Below the pieces are notes generated by a model. That model saw nothing but the letters and a program-made list of their open reading frames with translations, did no database searches and was not told where the DNA came from. A program made the position numbers and the translations under genes. A stretch of DNA of 64,000 nucleotides from the IMG/VR virus record IMGVR_UViG_3300031688_001276. The stretch is one strand, 5' to 3'. The stretch is from an uncultured virus (IMG/VR IMGVR_UViG_3300031688_001276) (lineage: Duplodnaviria > Heunggongvirae > Uroviricota > Caudoviricetes). Below are positions 16,987-26,724 of this stretch, piece after piece; position 1 is the first letter of the stretch, and each line of letters begins with the position of its first letter.

Positions 16987-18543
16987 ATGAAAGACTTTAT
17001 GTATAAGTATGTGTTGCATTTTGCACTCATACTTCTTGTAACAATGACGAGCGTTAAACTTTTAGCGTCAGACATAGAAGAAGTGATAGTAGTTGGAGCT
17101 AACGTCACAATAGGATACTCAGAACCTGAGTACGATAATTCATTAATAGAAGCATTAGACGCTACAAAGATCTACACAGCCGGCGGTGTTGGTGGATTCC
17201 AAGGAGCATCTATGCACGGCACAGATGTAAAGCATACAACTGTATATAGAAATGGAATACCTGTAAACGATCCTAGCTCTGGCTGGTATGACTTTGGAAC
17301 AGAACTTCCTAACTACCAAACCTTTAGAAAGATATCAGGACCTAACGGTACTTTATATGGAACTTCCTCAATGGCAGGAACTATCCTAATGGAGGATAAC
17401 TTTGATGGCAATAGTTTCTTTACTAAAGCAGGAGATGGTTTACTCTATACAACAGCAGGAACAGATTGGTGGCAGCTATCTAGATACAAAGGCTCCAATG
17501 GCTCTGTTAAAACAGACAACGATGAAGAAGATGAATTTGAGAATGTAACTCTAAAAACTAAGTCAGAGTATGGTGACTGGAAATCAGTAACAGTTCTACA
17601 GGAGTATGAATATGATTATGACTCTTGTTACATGGGTTGGGATAAATCTAATGACTGCACACAAAAAGGAACTAAGGCAGATCTTTCCATAAGAAATGAT
17701 TGGTTCACAGCTGGCTACTCAATGAATGATGTAACTCACAATACAGGTTGGGCTTCTAAAAGTTCTCGCTATTTTGTAGATGCTAATAAAGAAGTAAGAC
17801 CAGGCCTAATCCTAGGTGCACAGAATACAAGAGAGTATTATGGTAACGCTAGTGATTATCGCACAGCAGTATATGCTAACTGGAATGTAAACAATTATGG
17901 TTTCGGTTATAGGTTTGAAGAAGATCAACACATTTATAGAGTAGGTTATGCAGTACAAGGATTTACTGTAGCATTAGCTAACAGTTTTAGAAAGCCAAAC
18001 TTATACGAAAGATATGGTGACGACTGGACATTTGCTAACCCTACTCTAAAACCTGAGAAAGGAGACGGCATTGAAGTGTCCCTTGGTGAATGGACTACAT
18101 GGTATTACGAATTCACTGATGGCATTGATTACAGTTACCTAACATCTAGTTATGTGAATGTAGGATCTTATGATAGCAAAGGCATTAAATACTCTAATCA
18201 TATCCTAATGGACAAGGGAGCATTCCATGTCCAAGTACAATATACAGATTCAGATAGAATTAGAGTACCCTCATACAAAACCAAAGTATCGTATTATGGT
18301 GGCTCACATACTGGCTATGACTGGATGATATCTTATGTAGGACAATGGGACAAAGGATTAGAGTTTGATGGCAGGCCTATTGATGATGTGACGTCGTTCA
18401 ACCTCAATATGGGATACCATTTAACACCTAGATATCGTGTAGGGTTTCAGATTAGGGACCTTTTTGACAGGAATTTTGAGATATTGCCCGATTATAGAGC
18501 AGGTGGAAGGGAGATTTCTTTATCCCTGGACCTAAGTCTTTGA
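16987..18543 (+). CDS. TonB-dependent outer-membrane receptor, BtuB-like (compact, 518 aa)
   Basis: Signal peptide, TonB box IEEVIVVG, plug ..NGIPVND..GP.GTLYG.SSMAGTI, SFRKPNLYERYG, NPTLKPE, terminal DLFDRNFE...GREISLSLDLSL. Confidence 0.85.
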   Translation: MKDFMYKYVLHFALILLVTMTSVKLLASDIEEVIVVGANVTIGYSEPEYDNSLIEALDATKIYTAGGVGGFQGASMHGTDVKHTTVYRNGIPVNDPSSGWYDFGTELPNYQTFRKISGPNGTLYGTSSMAGTILMEDNFDGNSFFTKAGDGLLYTTAGTDWWQLSRYKGSNGSVKTDNDEEDEFENVTLKTKSEYGDWKSVTVLQEYEYDYDSCYMGWDKSNDCTQKGTKADLSIRNDWFTAGYSMNDVTHNTGWASKSSRYFVDANKEVRPGLILGAQNTREYYGNASDYRTAVYANWNVNNYGFGYRFEEDQHIYRVGYAVQGFTVALANSFRKPNLYERYGDDWTFANPTLKPEKGDGIEVSLGEWTTWYYEFTDGIDYSYLTSSYVNVGSYDSKGIKYSNHILMDKGAFHVQVQYTDSDRIRVPSYKTKVSYYGGSHTGYDWMISYVGQWDKGLEFDGRPIDDVTSFNLNMGYHLTPRYRVGFQIRDLFDRNFEILPDYRAGGREISLSLDLSL

Positions 18544-18613
18544 TATGATGTAAGAAAAGAATTCAAAAGAGTGCATTAAAGTGCTTGACTTATGGTTACT
18601 AAGAGTGCATAAT
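18533..18613 (+). promoter_or_regulatory. Strong early promoter, copy 1, with IHF-like site
   Basis: AAAAGAATTCAAAAGA..GTGCTTGACT-N17-CATAAT; WATCAANNNNTTR match on - at 18533-18545. Confidence 0.8.
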
Positions 18614-18655
18614 AGTATACATAATAAAGAAACAAGTAAAAAAGTGAGGACTTTA

Positions 18656-21223
18656 ATGCCAAATCAAATAGAAGTAAAATCAATACTAGCAAAGCTATTA
18701 GCTACTGAAGACATATCCGTTGAGCATGATCCAAAAATGCCAACAGCAGCCTTCGATGTTAAACAAAGAAAACTTTATCTTCCAATGTGGAAAGACATGT
18801 CTAATAACATGTACGATCTATTTGTTGGACATGAAGTTGGACATGCACACGAAACACCTGAAGCAGGATGGCATGATACAGTTATTGATAACCCTTCACT
18901 TAAATCTTTTCTTAACATTGTAGAAGATGCTAGAATTGAGCGTAAAGTAAAAGAAAGATATCCTGGACTTGTAAAATCATTCCACAAAGGATACCAAGAA
19001 TTATTCGACAAAGACTTTTTTGGTGTTAAGGATAGAGACTTAAACAAAATTCCATTTGTTGATAGAGTTAACCTTCACTTTAAAATTGGACACTTACTAG
19101 GTCTTAAATTTACAGCAGACGAACAGAACTTCCTAGACAGAGTTGCAAAGACTGAAACATGGGATGACGTCTACAAATTATCAATTGAACTAGCTGATAT
19201 GTCTAAAGCAGAAGCTGAAGAAAGAGCAGACGAGCTTGAACCACTACAAGAAATGTTAGATGATTTAATGTCTCAAATGGAAGAGGCTGAAGAGTCAACT
19301 CCTAGTATGTCAGACTACCAACCAGATCACACTAAAGAAGAAGAAGAGTCTGAAGAGTCTGAAGAAGGCGAGGGTGGTGAAGGTAACTCAGAACCAGAAC
19401 AAGATCCTACTAAAGACGAATACGGCAACCCACTTCCAGGCACTCCAGGTGGTGACCAAGGCGAAGACGAGACAGATGAAGAGTACTCAGAACGTAATGA
19501 AGCAGAGTGGGAAGAAAAAAATAAGAAAAGAGCTGAAGAAAGAGCTCGTAGAGAACAAGAGTGGGCAGCTGAAGAAAAGGCTCGTGAACTGTTTGACAAA
19601 GACACACAAGCTAATAATGAAACTAAGGAAGAGCTAGAAGAAAAGATTGCAGAAACTAAAAAGATGCATGACTTTCTAACTGAAGACGGACAGAAGTCAA
19701 TTACAGATGACGAGTTTAGAAAGAATGAGAAAGACTTAGTTGATACTGATGCGAAGCCAATTACATACTGTAGCCCACAGACTTTGTTCAAAGGTTCAGA
19801 TTGGATTATTAAAATGGAAGATCTATATAACTGGGATAAGGCAATAGAATTAAAGCAAGTAGATGATACTCAAGACTACTGGAGTGATACTGAGATTGCT
19901 AATGCAGATTTACCAGAAATAGGTAACAAGCTATACAAGGACTTCTTAAAAGATACTGCTCCAGTAATAGCTTCCATGGCTCAACAGTTTGAACTTAAAA
20001 AAGCAGCAGCTGCTAACAAGAAAGCAAGAACTGCCAAGTCAGGTAAACTTAATGAAGATAAACTTTGGGCTTACAAGTTGACTGAGGATTTATTCCAGAA
20101 GGATCTAATTGTTCCTAACGGTAAGAACCACGGTATCATAATGTATGTAGATTTGTCAGGCAGTATGCACAGACAAATGGAAGGAACATTAGAACAAGTA
20201 ATGAACATGTCATTGTTCTGCAGAAAAGTTAACATACCATTTGATGTGTATGGTTTCTCAAGCAACCGTGAACATGAATACAATGATGAGACTGGCGCAG
20301 TATCACACAAGAGTGGACCGTGGTCTGAGAACAAAGACGTTAACAAGAAAATAATTAACGACTTAAAAGACGGTGAGATATTTATGGGGGACGAAGACTT
20401 TGCACTTGTCCACATGCTAAGCTCAACATGTAAGAAGTCAGTCTTTACTAACGCAATGTCATACTTAATGTTAATGAAAGTTGGTTACAGCCAAAGGACT
20501 AGATACTACTCAGACGTTGGTGATGGTAATTACTACGGTTACATTGTTAATACTTACTTTAGACTAAGTGGTACGCCATTGAACTCAGCAATAGTAATAG
20601 CTCCAGCAGTGGCAAAAGAATTCCAAAAGAAATATAATGTGGAATTACTTACAACGATCTTCCTAACAGACGGTGGAGCTACAGACGGAATTACAATTAG
20701 AGATACTTCCAGAGATTCAGAAGACAGAACAGGCACACATAGTGTTTACGCTGAGGCAATAGCCATTAAGGATGGAGCGACGGTAACTAGGTTGCCACAA
20801 AAAGATGGTTACTCAAGAAGAGACGCAGTGACTACTCAGACACTCTTGGAACATTACAAAAGAGTAACTGGTTCCACGTTACTTAACTTCCACATTGTGG
20901 ACGGTAAGAAAAGCGAGTTTTATAATGAGGCAGTATCTGAGGAATGGATGGATGGAAAAACTCCATCGAACTGGATCACTAGTCAATGGGAAAGCACTGC
21001 TTGGAAAGATGTTCTTAAGAACAAGTTTATGGTTACCACTCCTAAGTTTGGATACGAGGCTAGGTTCCTACTTAAAGGACAAAAGGACTTGGGTATAGAC
21101 AGCCAGGAACTAACAGTTAAATCTAATAAGAAGGGCGATCTACTTAGAGGCTTCAGAAACTTTAACAAGAATAAGAAGACTAGTAGAACATTCCTTAACC
21201 AGATAATCGACAGAGTAGCGTAG
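18656..21223 (+). CDS. CobT-like protein: N-terminal HExxH domain, acidic linker, C-terminal VWA domain
   Basis: HEVGH, NIVEDARIE, MIDAS DLSGS...TP...LTDG; GAGG SD before ATG 18656; adjacent to MoxR ATPase. Confidence 0.85.
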   Translation: MPNQIEVKSILAKLLATEDISVEHDPKMPTAAFDVKQRKLYLPMWKDMSNNMYDLFVGHEVGHAHETPEAGWHDTVIDNPSLKSFLNIVEDARIERKVKERYPGLVKSFHKGYQELFDKDFFGVKDRDLNKIPFVDRVNLHFKIGHLLGLKFTADEQNFLDRVAKTETWDDVYKLSIELADMSKAEAEERADELEPLQEMLDDLMSQMEEAEESTPSMSDYQPDHTKEEEESEESEEGEGGEGNSEPEQDPTKDEYGNPLPGTPGGDQGEDETDEEYSERNEAEWEEKNKKRAEERARREQEWAAEEKARELFDKDTQANNETKEELEEKIAETKKMHDFLTEDGQKSITDDEFRKNEKDLVDTDAKPITYCSPQTLFKGSDWIIKMEDLYNWDKAIELKQVDDTQDYWSDTEIANADLPEIGNKLYKDFLKDTAPVIASMAQQFELKKAAAANKKARTAKSGKLNEDKLWAYKLTEDLFQKDLIVPNGKNHGIIMYVDLSGSMHRQMEGTLEQVMNMSLFCRKVNIPFDVYGFSSNREHEYNDETGAVSHKSGPWSENKDVNKKIINDLKDGEIFMGDEDFALVHMLSSTCKKSVFTNAMSYLMLMKVGYSQRTRYYSDVGDGNYYGYIVNTYFRLSGTPLNSAIVIAPAVAKEFQKKYNVELLTTIFLTDGGATDGITIRDTSRDSEDRTGTHSVYAEAIAIKDGATVTRLPQKDGYSRRDAVTTQTLLEHYKRVTGSTLLNFHIVDGKKSEFYNEAVSEEWMDGKTPSNWITSQWESTAWKDVLKNKFMVTTPKFGYEARFLLKGQKDLGIDSQELTVKSNKKGDLLRGFRNFNKNKKTSRTFLNQIIDRVA

Positions 21224-21332
21224 TTTGAGGGCATTAATCATCAAAAACGGCTCTGTTAGCACCCCTGTGAGGGGTTTTAATACCCAAGGGTATACTAAGG
21301 CATACCCTAGATTAGCCCCTGCCATAGACCCT

Positions 21333-21392
21333 AAAAAGATTTCAAAAGAATTCAAAAGAATGCTTGACTTAAGGTTCCATAGAGTGCATAAT
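21333..21392 (+). promoter_or_regulatory. Strong early promoter, copy 2
   Basis: AAAAAGATTTCAAAAGAATTCAAAAGAATGCTTGACT-N17-CATAAT. Confidence 0.8.
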
Positions 21393-21438
21393 AACGGTAT
21401 AAAATGAAGAAACAACATAAATTAGTGAGGACTATAAA

Positions 21439-22623
21439 ATGAAAGCAATTGATAGAGAAAACTTAATAAACACACTCCAGAGCCAGGACAATGGCACAGG
21501 AGTTTTTACCCGTAAACAAATCATCGAAGTAGCCACGTCCATAGGACTTGGTTTCCCAGCATGGTTAGTGAACGGAAAGCCTGAAGTCAAAATTGACAGA
21601 GGGATTTATAATTTAACCAGCATGTTTGGTGGTAGCGTTGCAGAGGCACAGCCCATTGCACAGCCCCAGCAAGTTCCAATGGCCGTGGTAGAAACCCAGG
21701 CTCCTAGGACTCTTGTTCAAGCTAAACTAGCTGTAGAAGTAGACAATCTTATTCCAAATAAGGATGCTACTTTCATACCATTTGGTTTTTACAAGGACTT
21801 GAAAACAGTTCTTAGTACTAGCATGTTCTACCCAATATTCATATCAGGCCTAAGTGGCAATGGTAAGACTACAATGGTTGAACAGGTGTGTGCTAACTTA
21901 AAGCGTGAAGCGATAAGAGTAAATATCAGTATTGAAACCGATGAGGACGATTTGATCGGTGGTAATACTTTAGTTGACGGTAACGTCGTCTACCGAGAAG
22001 GGCCCGTCCTCACCGCGATGAAGCGGGGCGCTGTTCTCATTCTTGATGAAGTCGATAGGGGTTCAAACAAGTTGATGTGCTTACAAGCCATCCTTGAGGG
22101 GAAGCCCTATTTCAACAAGAAGACAGGCGAAACCGTAACTCCTGTTCCTGGATTTAACTTAGTGGCAACCGCCAATACTAAGGGTCGAGGTTCAGATGAT
22201 GGCAAATTTATATCTGCCAACATACTCGACGAAGCATTCCTCGAAAGGTTTGCGATCACAGTCGAACAGGAGTACCCTACAATGGCTACCGAGAAAAAGA
22301 TAGTGATCAAGAAGATGGAAAGAGTCAACAATGTTGATGAAGACTTCGCGACACACCTTGTTACTTGGAGTGATGTAATTCGTAAGACATATTACGAAGG
22401 TGCCATCGACGAGTTAATTAGTACTCGTAGACTGGAGCACATTGTTAACGCATTTGCGGTGTTTAAAGACAAGCAAAAGGCTGTTCAACTATGTGTTAAC
22501 AGGTTCGATGAAGACACCAAAGAGGCGTTCATAGATTTGTACGCCAAGGTAGACCCTTCAGTAGAGTTAGCTGAAGTGGATTTGGAAACAGAACAGGAGA
22601 TACATAGCGATGGCGAAAGTTAA
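21439..22623 (+). CDS. cobS: CobS-like MoxR AAA+ ATPase
   Basis: GLSGNGKT, ETDEDDLIGG, LILDEVD, TANTKG, FLERF. Confidence 0.9.
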   Translation: MKAIDRENLINTLQSQDNGTGVFTRKQIIEVATSIGLGFPAWLVNGKPEVKIDRGIYNLTSMFGGSVAEAQPIAQPQQVPMAVVETQAPRTLVQAKLAVEVDNLIPNKDATFIPFGFYKDLKTVLSTSMFYPIFISGLSGNGKTTMVEQVCANLKREAIRVNISIETDEDDLIGGNTLVDGNVVYREGPVLTAMKRGAVLILDEVDRGSNKLMCLQAILEGKPYFNKKTGETVTPVPGFNLVATANTKGRGSDDGKFISANILDEAFLERFAITVEQEYPTMATEKKIVIKKMERVNNVDEDFATHLVTWSDVIRKTYYEGAIDELISTRRLEHIVNAFAVFKDKQKAVQLCVNRFDEDTKEAFIDLYAKVDPSVELAEVDLETEQEIHSDGES

Positions 22624-22918
22624 GACACCAGACTATAAGTTCGACGAAGGGGCTCTGATTACAGAGCTCCAATCGTATATCGACGCCACTTACTTAGGGC
22701 ATTATAGCAGAAACAAATTTCAATCTACAGAATTCATTAGTGATTGTGGACATGGAATAGGATTTACAATTGGAAACATCCTAAAGTATGCACAACGATA
22801 CGGCAAAAAAGGTTCACAAGAGGACCATAGAAAAGATCTATTGAAGGTGTTACACTACGGTATAATAGCACTCTCAGAACACGATAAAAATTCAGTAAAA
22901 CATTATTTAGACGATTAA
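22610..22918 (+). CDS. Conserved phage protein (DUF3310-like)
   Basis: HY, GF..GNILKYAQRYGKK, DLLKVLHY. Confidence 0.7.
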   Translation: MAKVKTPDYKFDEGALITELQSYIDATYLGHYSRNKFQSTEFISDCGHGIGFTIGNILKYAQRYGKKGSQEDHRKDLLKVLHYGIIALSEHDKNSVKHYLDD

Positions 22919-22965
22919 ATTCTTATAAATATAAGACACGAACAAACTAATTTGGAGAATAGTAA

Positions 22966-23292
22966 ATGGCTTATACAGTAACAATGGTATTAACACAACC
23001 CGACGCAGGCACAGCCTTGCCTTTGATCTCAGACTTTTCTGGTACTAACAAAGCAGCTAGTGATACCATCTATACAGATGCAGGAGTCGTTAAGGCTTAT
23101 GTACAAGACGGTTTGGTTACAACAGTTACATTAACATCAGCAGACAAAGCAACTTACAACACAGCGAAAGCAGAAGTCGACGCATTAGCAGATGAAGCTA
23201 GTGTCAAAACAAGTTGGAAGGACGCAGCCGTTGCAGCTGGTTGTACATGTGTTATTACAGATTCAGATGGGGATAGCATAGCTAACTTCTAG
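22966..23292 (+). CDS. Hypothetical late protein (Ala/Thr-rich)
   Basis: TATAAATA at 22924, GGAG SD. Confidence 0.65.
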   Translation: MAYTVTMVLTQPDAGTALPLISDFSGTNKAASDTIYTDAGVVKAYVQDGLVTTVTLTSADKATYNTAKAEVDALADEASVKTSWKDAAVAAGCTCVITDSDGDSIANF

Positions 23293-23309
23293 AACAGTAG
23301 GATTACATT

Positions 23310-24068
23310 ATGAATTTTGGTGAAAGAATAACGTACGAACTTGACAACCATGTCGCCGTCCTAACCATCAATGGTGTTGGACCACTCAATTTAATAGACA
23401 GGCCTTTTTATCAAGGCTACAACGATGCCCTAGTAGAATTCCGTGAGGATGACTCTAGGGTTTTGCTTATCAAGTCAGGAAATGATAGGAACTTCACAGG
23501 AGGCTTCGAGCTTCAGAATATTATTGAAGGACTAAAAGCAGGGTGGGGAAACATAATAACAGATATTGATATGGTTACACCCAAGCCTATTGTATCTGCT
23601 ATAAAAGGTTTCTGCATTGGCGAGGGCGTAGGGCTTATGCTAGGTAGTGATTTTGTATTCGCAGATAAGCGGCTAAAGATAGCATGCCCAGAAGTTAAAC
23701 TAGGATTCAACGCAGTCACAATGCAAGTTAAATTCGCTCAAAGAATTGGCCACAATAGAACAATGGAATTTATGATGGGCGACATACATGATGTAGAGTG
23801 GTTAGATAAAGTAGGACTCTGTACTAAGGTGTGTGATGGCGATGCAGAAGAACAAGCATTAGCATACGCTCATAAAATTGCCAATACAATAGCACCCATT
23901 GCTCTAAGAGGAACAAAGGGAGCAGTGTGGCATACAGTCAACTCACATAAAGACGAAGCCATTGACTTTGCATTGTGGGCTAAGGACTTATGCCTAGACT
24001 CTAAAGACATAGAGGAAGGCGTTACAGCTTTCCTTGAGAAAAGAGAACCTGAATTTAAAAATGAATGA
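23310..24068 (+). CDS. Enoyl-CoA hydratase/isomerase (crotonase superfamily)
   Basis: VAVLTIN, FTGG, PKPIVSAIKGFCIGEG, PEVKLG, D..EGVTAFLEKR.P.F. Confidence 0.9.
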   Translation: MNFGERITYELDNHVAVLTINGVGPLNLIDRPFYQGYNDALVEFREDDSRVLLIKSGNDRNFTGGFELQNIIEGLKAGWGNIITDIDMVTPKPIVSAIKGFCIGEGVGLMLGSDFVFADKRLKIACPEVKLGFNAVTMQVKFAQRIGHNRTMEFMMGDIHDVEWLDKVGLCTKVCDGDAEEQALAYAHKIANTIAPIALRGTKGAVWHTVNSHKDEAIDFALWAKDLCLDSKDIEEGVTAFLEKREPEFKNE

Positions 24069-25044
24069 ACAATACGATTCACCATCAGAACGTGACGCCC
24101 CTGTAAGAAAATTAAAGTTAGGTTATCATGGCCTTATATCATTTGATGTAGAGCCTAATGTACCTTACAAATATATGCTACACGAATCAAAGCAATGGGT
24201 TGATCATGCACAAAAACTACACCCTCGAGAACTAGAAGAAATAGATTACACTTTTGACTCTTTAGGTTTCAGAAATAATAAAGAGATCGAGGAAGTAAGT
24301 AGCAACAAAGAGTGGTGGTTGTTTGAGTCGGCCTGTTTCGGATTAGGACCAGGCATTCCTACAGACAAAATAGTTCCTAATCTTCTAGAGAAATATACAG
24401 ACATACCCCAATACAATATGAGCATCTTTGGAGACAGGCCAGAGTTTATATGTAATAACCTATTAGAACTATCTAAAAGATGGGTTAACCCTCCCTCAAA
24501 AATAATATTGCATCTTGTAGAGAACCCTACAGGAACATTTGCGTTATCAGAAAATAACAAAATCATTAACATTGATTACGCTGGATCTATGATGCCAGCA
24601 GCTGGTAAAGAATTCACCTTCCATAGAGCCTTTGAAGAAGCTAGCATTCCTGAAGGCCAGCATCGGCTGTTTTATAAAAACGTAATAGATTTATGTGAGT
24701 TATTACAAGTACCTTTAACTTGGATATACACAGGACTCCAGAGTGATATCACGCCTCTTAACTACTTACAAGGCCAGGATAACATTACTAGCCCGCAGGA
24801 CATATTAACATTCGCAAACGGACCAGGTTTATCAGTAGGACATTTCAATAGTTCTATGTCCTATGAGGAAAGACGAGACGAGGTAAGGGATACAATAGTT
24901 ATTCCTATGACAACATGCAATCCCGCAAAGGGTGTTGAACTAGATGAAGTAGGCAGAGACTTATTTCACGCTGGTATAGAACAGCATGAGCAGTTAGCCC
25001 GCAAAATTATGCACAAGTTCTGGCTTCATGTAAAGAGGTTATAG
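24061..25044 (+). CDS. Hypothetical protein, distantly SGNH/GDSL-like
   Basis: Y.FDSLGFR, N.SI.G, C-terminal RDLFHAG...H pattern. Confidence 0.45.
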   Translation: MNEQYDSPSERDAPVRKLKLGYHGLISFDVEPNVPYKYMLHESKQWVDHAQKLHPRELEEIDYTFDSLGFRNNKEIEEVSSNKEWWLFESACFGLGPGIPTDKIVPNLLEKYTDIPQYNMSIFGDRPEFICNNLLELSKRWVNPPSKIILHLVENPTGTFALSENNKIINIDYAGSMMPAAGKEFTFHRAFEEASIPEGQHRLFYKNVIDLCELLQVPLTWIYTGLQSDITPLNYLQGQDNITSPQDILTFANGPGLSVGHFNSSMSYEERRDEVRDTIVIPMTTCNPAKGVELDEVGRDLFHAGIEQHEQLARKIMHKFWLHVKRL

Positions 25045-25143
25045 CCCCGTAAGGTAACCTTTCCTTCGTAAATTAAGGAATGTGTGTATAAATAATAGTG
25101 TATAGTTAGAACAAAAGATTACATCGTTTGGTCCTACAATACA

Positions 25144-25174
25144 TTGACTTATACTATAATAGATCGTATAATAC
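25144..25174 (+). promoter_or_regulatory. Sigma70-type promoter for gp45
   Basis: TTGACT-N17-TATAATAC with ATCG before the -10; late TATAAATA also at 25087. Confidence 0.7.
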
Positions 25175-25204
25175 GATATAGTAAATACAAATATGGAGTA
25201 TATT

Positions 25205-25879
25205 ATGAAACTAAGCAAAGACACTCTTGACACACTCAAGAACTTCGCTACTATTAACACGAACATCTTAGTTCGAGAAGGTAGTACCCTTTCTACTATT
25301 TCAACAGGCAAAAATATCTTTGCCCGTGCAGAAATTACAGAAAGTTTCCCCAGAGAATTTGCAATCTATGATTTAAATGGCTTGCTTCCTCTCTTAACTT
25401 TAATGGAAGATACAGACGTAAACTTTGGTGATGAAAGTCTCAAGGTTACAAAAGGCACTTCTGTTTTTGAATACTATTATGCAGACCCTAACATTATTGT
25501 TAGCGCTCCTGATAAGAGTATTGAAGTAGATAACTTTTTTCAATTCGACTTAACTAAAGATGACATTGACATGATAATGAAGGCAGCAGCTATTACAGCA
25601 GCTCCTATGTTAAGCATTGTTGGTGACGGTAGTGAAGTTATAATGAAAGTAGGCGACCCTAGTACACCTAAGTCTAATTCCTTTAGGCAGGTTATAGGTA
25701 CAACCGAAGTTAAGTTTGACGCTAGACTAGCTGTTGAAAACTTCAAGGTTATCCCTGGAGGATATACAGTTATCCTTTCTCAAAAGAAGTTTATGTTCTT
25801 AGAAAGTAGCAAAGGTGATACTAAGTATTGGCTAGCACTAGAACGTTCTTCAGTAGTAGGAGAGCCAGCAAATGGATGA
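25205..25879 (+). CDS. gp45: Sliding clamp
   Basis: MKLSKDTL..LKNFATIN, FAIYDL, YWLALE. Confidence 0.93.
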   Translation: MKLSKDTLDTLKNFATINTNILVREGSTLSTISTGKNIFARAEITESFPREFAIYDLNGLLPLLTLMEDTDVNFGDESLKVTKGTSVFEYYYADPNIIVSAPDKSIEVDNFFQFDLTKDDIDMIMKAAAITAAPMLSIVGDGSEVIMKVGDPSTPKSNSFRQVIGTTEVKFDARLAVENFKVIPGGYTVILSQKKFMFLESSKGDTKYWLALERSSVVGEPANG

Positions 25880-26048
25880 GAATAAACTTGAAGTAACTAT
25901 CCGTGAAGCACAGAATGGTTGGGTAGTAGAAATAAACCGTGAAGGTGAGACTGTAGAGTACATTTTCACTAGACCTAATCCTGCTATTAATTTAGTTAGA
26001 AAAGTAATGAAGGGTGAACTAGATCCTTTTGCTGGAGACGATGAATGA
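25872..26048 (+). CDS. Small hypothetical protein (58 aa); not in the ORF track
   Basis: AGGAG SD; MDENKLEVTIREAQNGWVVEINREGETVEYIF...; overlaps both neighbours. Confidence 0.65.
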   Translation: MDENKLEVTIREAQNGWVVEINREGETVEYIFTRPNPAINLVRKVMKGELDPFAGDDE

Positions 26049-26641
26049 GTAGTTTGACACCTGTTATCCCTACGTTTAGTATTACAAAAAGAGTAATGCT
26101 TACGGACGGCACACATGAATTTGTACAGATGGATAAAGAACAATTATTCGATGGTAAGAAAGTAGTAATATTTGGATTACCAGGAGCTTATACTCCTACA
26201 TGTTCTACACAGCAATTGCCTGGATACGAAGTCTTATATGATGATTTCAGACAAGCAGGTATAGATGACATTTATTGCATCACGGTTAATGATACATTCG
26301 TTGTTAATGAATGGGTTATGAGTCAGGGTCTTGTAAATGTTAAAGTGATTCCAGATGGTTCAGCAGAGTTTACTATTAAAATGGGTATGGATGTCCGAAA
26401 AGACAACATAGGTTTTGGTATTAGATCTTGGAGGTACGCAGCGATCGTAGATGATGGCCAAGTAGTACAAGAATTTGTTGAAGACGGATATCAAGACAAT
26501 GCAGACGGCGATCCTTACGAGGTGAGTGCCCCTGAATTTGTTTTAGATAATGTTAAAGCATTTGGTTGGAGTGAAGGTAAAGGTAGACACATAGAGTTAG
26601 AACTCTCAGATACGACTGATATTAAAGAGCAGTTCTCGTAG
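26045..26641 (+). CDS. Peroxiredoxin (Prx5 type)
   Basis: LPGAYTPTCS..QLPGY, VND.FV, DGSAEFT, G.RSWRYA. Confidence 0.92.
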   Translation: MSSLTPVIPTFSITKRVMLTDGTHEFVQMDKEQLFDGKKVVIFGLPGAYTPTCSTQQLPGYEVLYDDFRQAGIDDIYCITVNDTFVVNEWVMSQGLVNVKVIPDGSAEFTIKMGMDVRKDNIGFGIRSWRYAAIVDDGQVVQEFVEDGYQDNADGDPYEVSAPEFVLDNVKAFGWSEGKGRHIELELSDTTDIKEQFS

Positions 26642-26655
26642 ACCTTTTTACCCTC

Positions 26656-26691
26656 AAAAAATGTGGCCGGTATTTTGGACTAAAAATAGTT
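26656..26691 (+). repeat. 36-bp intergenic repeat, copy 2
   Basis: AAAAAATGTGGCCGGTATTTTGGACTAAAAATAGTT versus 2815-2850. Confidence 0.7.
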
Positions 26692-26724
26692 CGCCACAAA
26701 GTTATATTATGATTAGGAGTTAGT

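Noticed and set aside
21225..21407. 60-aa ORF, and the N-terminal extension 18581-18655
   Set aside because: Both run through the repeated early promoter; the shared MLDL...VHN text is translated promoter DNA.
18656..22623. CobS/CobT as a cobaltochelatase forming a B12 synthesis module with the neighbouring BtuB-like gene
   Set aside because: No CobN or other cob genes are present. This MoxR-VWA pair is widespread in T4-like phages, has its own early promoters, and its adjacency to the receptor is not evidence.
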